Shown here piece by piece: positions 63,298 to 64,000 of a DNA stretch of 64,000 nt. Under the pieces are notes generated by a model. That model was not told where the DNA came from. It did not search any database and saw only the letters and a list, made by a program, of their open reading frames with translations. Source of the DNA: Octopus bimaculoides (taxonomy: Eukaryota); contig NC_068992.1 in NCBI RefSeq assembly GCF_001194135.2, forward strand, positions 11,955,693 to 12,019,692, in the 5' to 3' direction. A program made the translations under genes and the position numbers. Positions within the stretch are counted from its first letter, which is position 1. Every line of letters begins with the position of its first letter.

Positions 63298-63621
63298 TTG
63301 TTTAATATGTTTTGCTAAAATTGCTGTTTATTTTCAGATATCATCAGAAAAAGGTAATTAAAATTCATTAAAATGACAGATTTATCGGTCTTTCAAAGAG
63401 ATCAAATTGTTGGTGCTCGTATGGCAGGCACTAGCGTAACGAAAACAGCTGAAATGTTTGGTTCATCAAGAAGTACTGTCTGGAAAATAATGACAGCCTT
63501 TGAGAAAGAATTCTACCTCGTAGAATTCAAGCCGTAGTTACTGCCAAATACAATCCTACTCCATATTAAACTAAACTTATTTGAAATTTTAAGGTGTTTC
63601 CATTATTTTGTCCAACCCCTG
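63298..63621 (+). mobile_element. Internally deleted Tc1-like element
   Basis: MTDLSVFQRDQIVGARMAGTSVTKTAEMFGSSRSTVWKIM (63373-63510) is fused to LPRRIQAVVTAKYNPTPY* (to 63569), followed by a Tc1-type right TIR ...CCATTATTTTGTCCAACCCCTG. Confidence 0.85.
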
Positions 63622-64000
63622 TGTATATATATTAGGGATGCAATTTTTAATTTCATTCTTCAAAGACAATTTCCAGGATCAGATTTAGATGAGCCTTCAT
63701 GCACAAGTAACTTAAGTGAACTCACTTTTGAGCTATTTTCAAAAGAAAATTCACCCACAAATCCATGTTTGTTTTCTTATGCAAATCGTGTTTGAATACG
63801 GGCAAGGTTGCATAGCACGCTTGGTTTTCAATAAATTGATAGCATTTATAAGACATCAGTGGTGATTATATAGTATTGCTGAGTCATCATGTCTAGTCAT
63901 GACGCAAAAAATTAAGTTCCTCTTTCACTTTCATCCTTGTTGTTTCGGTTTCAGTGTGATTTCTCCATATAACTGCTAGCGGTATGTCATTCTAGAAAAG

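Overview
AT-rich eukaryotic genomic DNA with many N gaps, mostly flanked by dinucleotide runs. It is dominated by microsatellites and decayed transposons. The repeat families look like those of octopus/cephalopods; that assignment is from recall, not verified. Almost all listed ORFs are microsatellite or gap artefacts. Supported content: (1) three tRNA-derived SINE families, called A, B and C here, which share modules; (2) 3' ends and fragments of R4/Dong-type RLE retrotransposons, two beside (AAT)n; (3) RTE-like and CR1-like RT fragments; (4) decayed mariner, maT-like, Tc1 and hAT (Charlie/Buster-like) transposases; (5) several palindromic or TIR-bounded MITEs; (6) a few candidate + strand exons of an unidentified host gene. 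The most interesting signal is a set of minimal type-I hammerhead ribozyme motifs of the Penelope-associated kind (CUGANGA-A-stem II-GAAA-CG-UH, with a palindromic ACGU in place of stem III). They occur in two unrelated non-coding element families. One is a tandem pair at 8361-8968, where each unit has a Pol III tRNA-like head, then (AAT)n, then a hammerhead, and the pair is preceded by an inverted copy of its own 3' tail. The other is a pyrimidine-rich family with catalytic-core variants at about 12.87, 49.83 and 59.93 kb, plus a truncated copy at 5.1 kb. Together they suggest SINE/retrozyme hybrids mobilised by Penelope-like machinery. This is an inference and untested.
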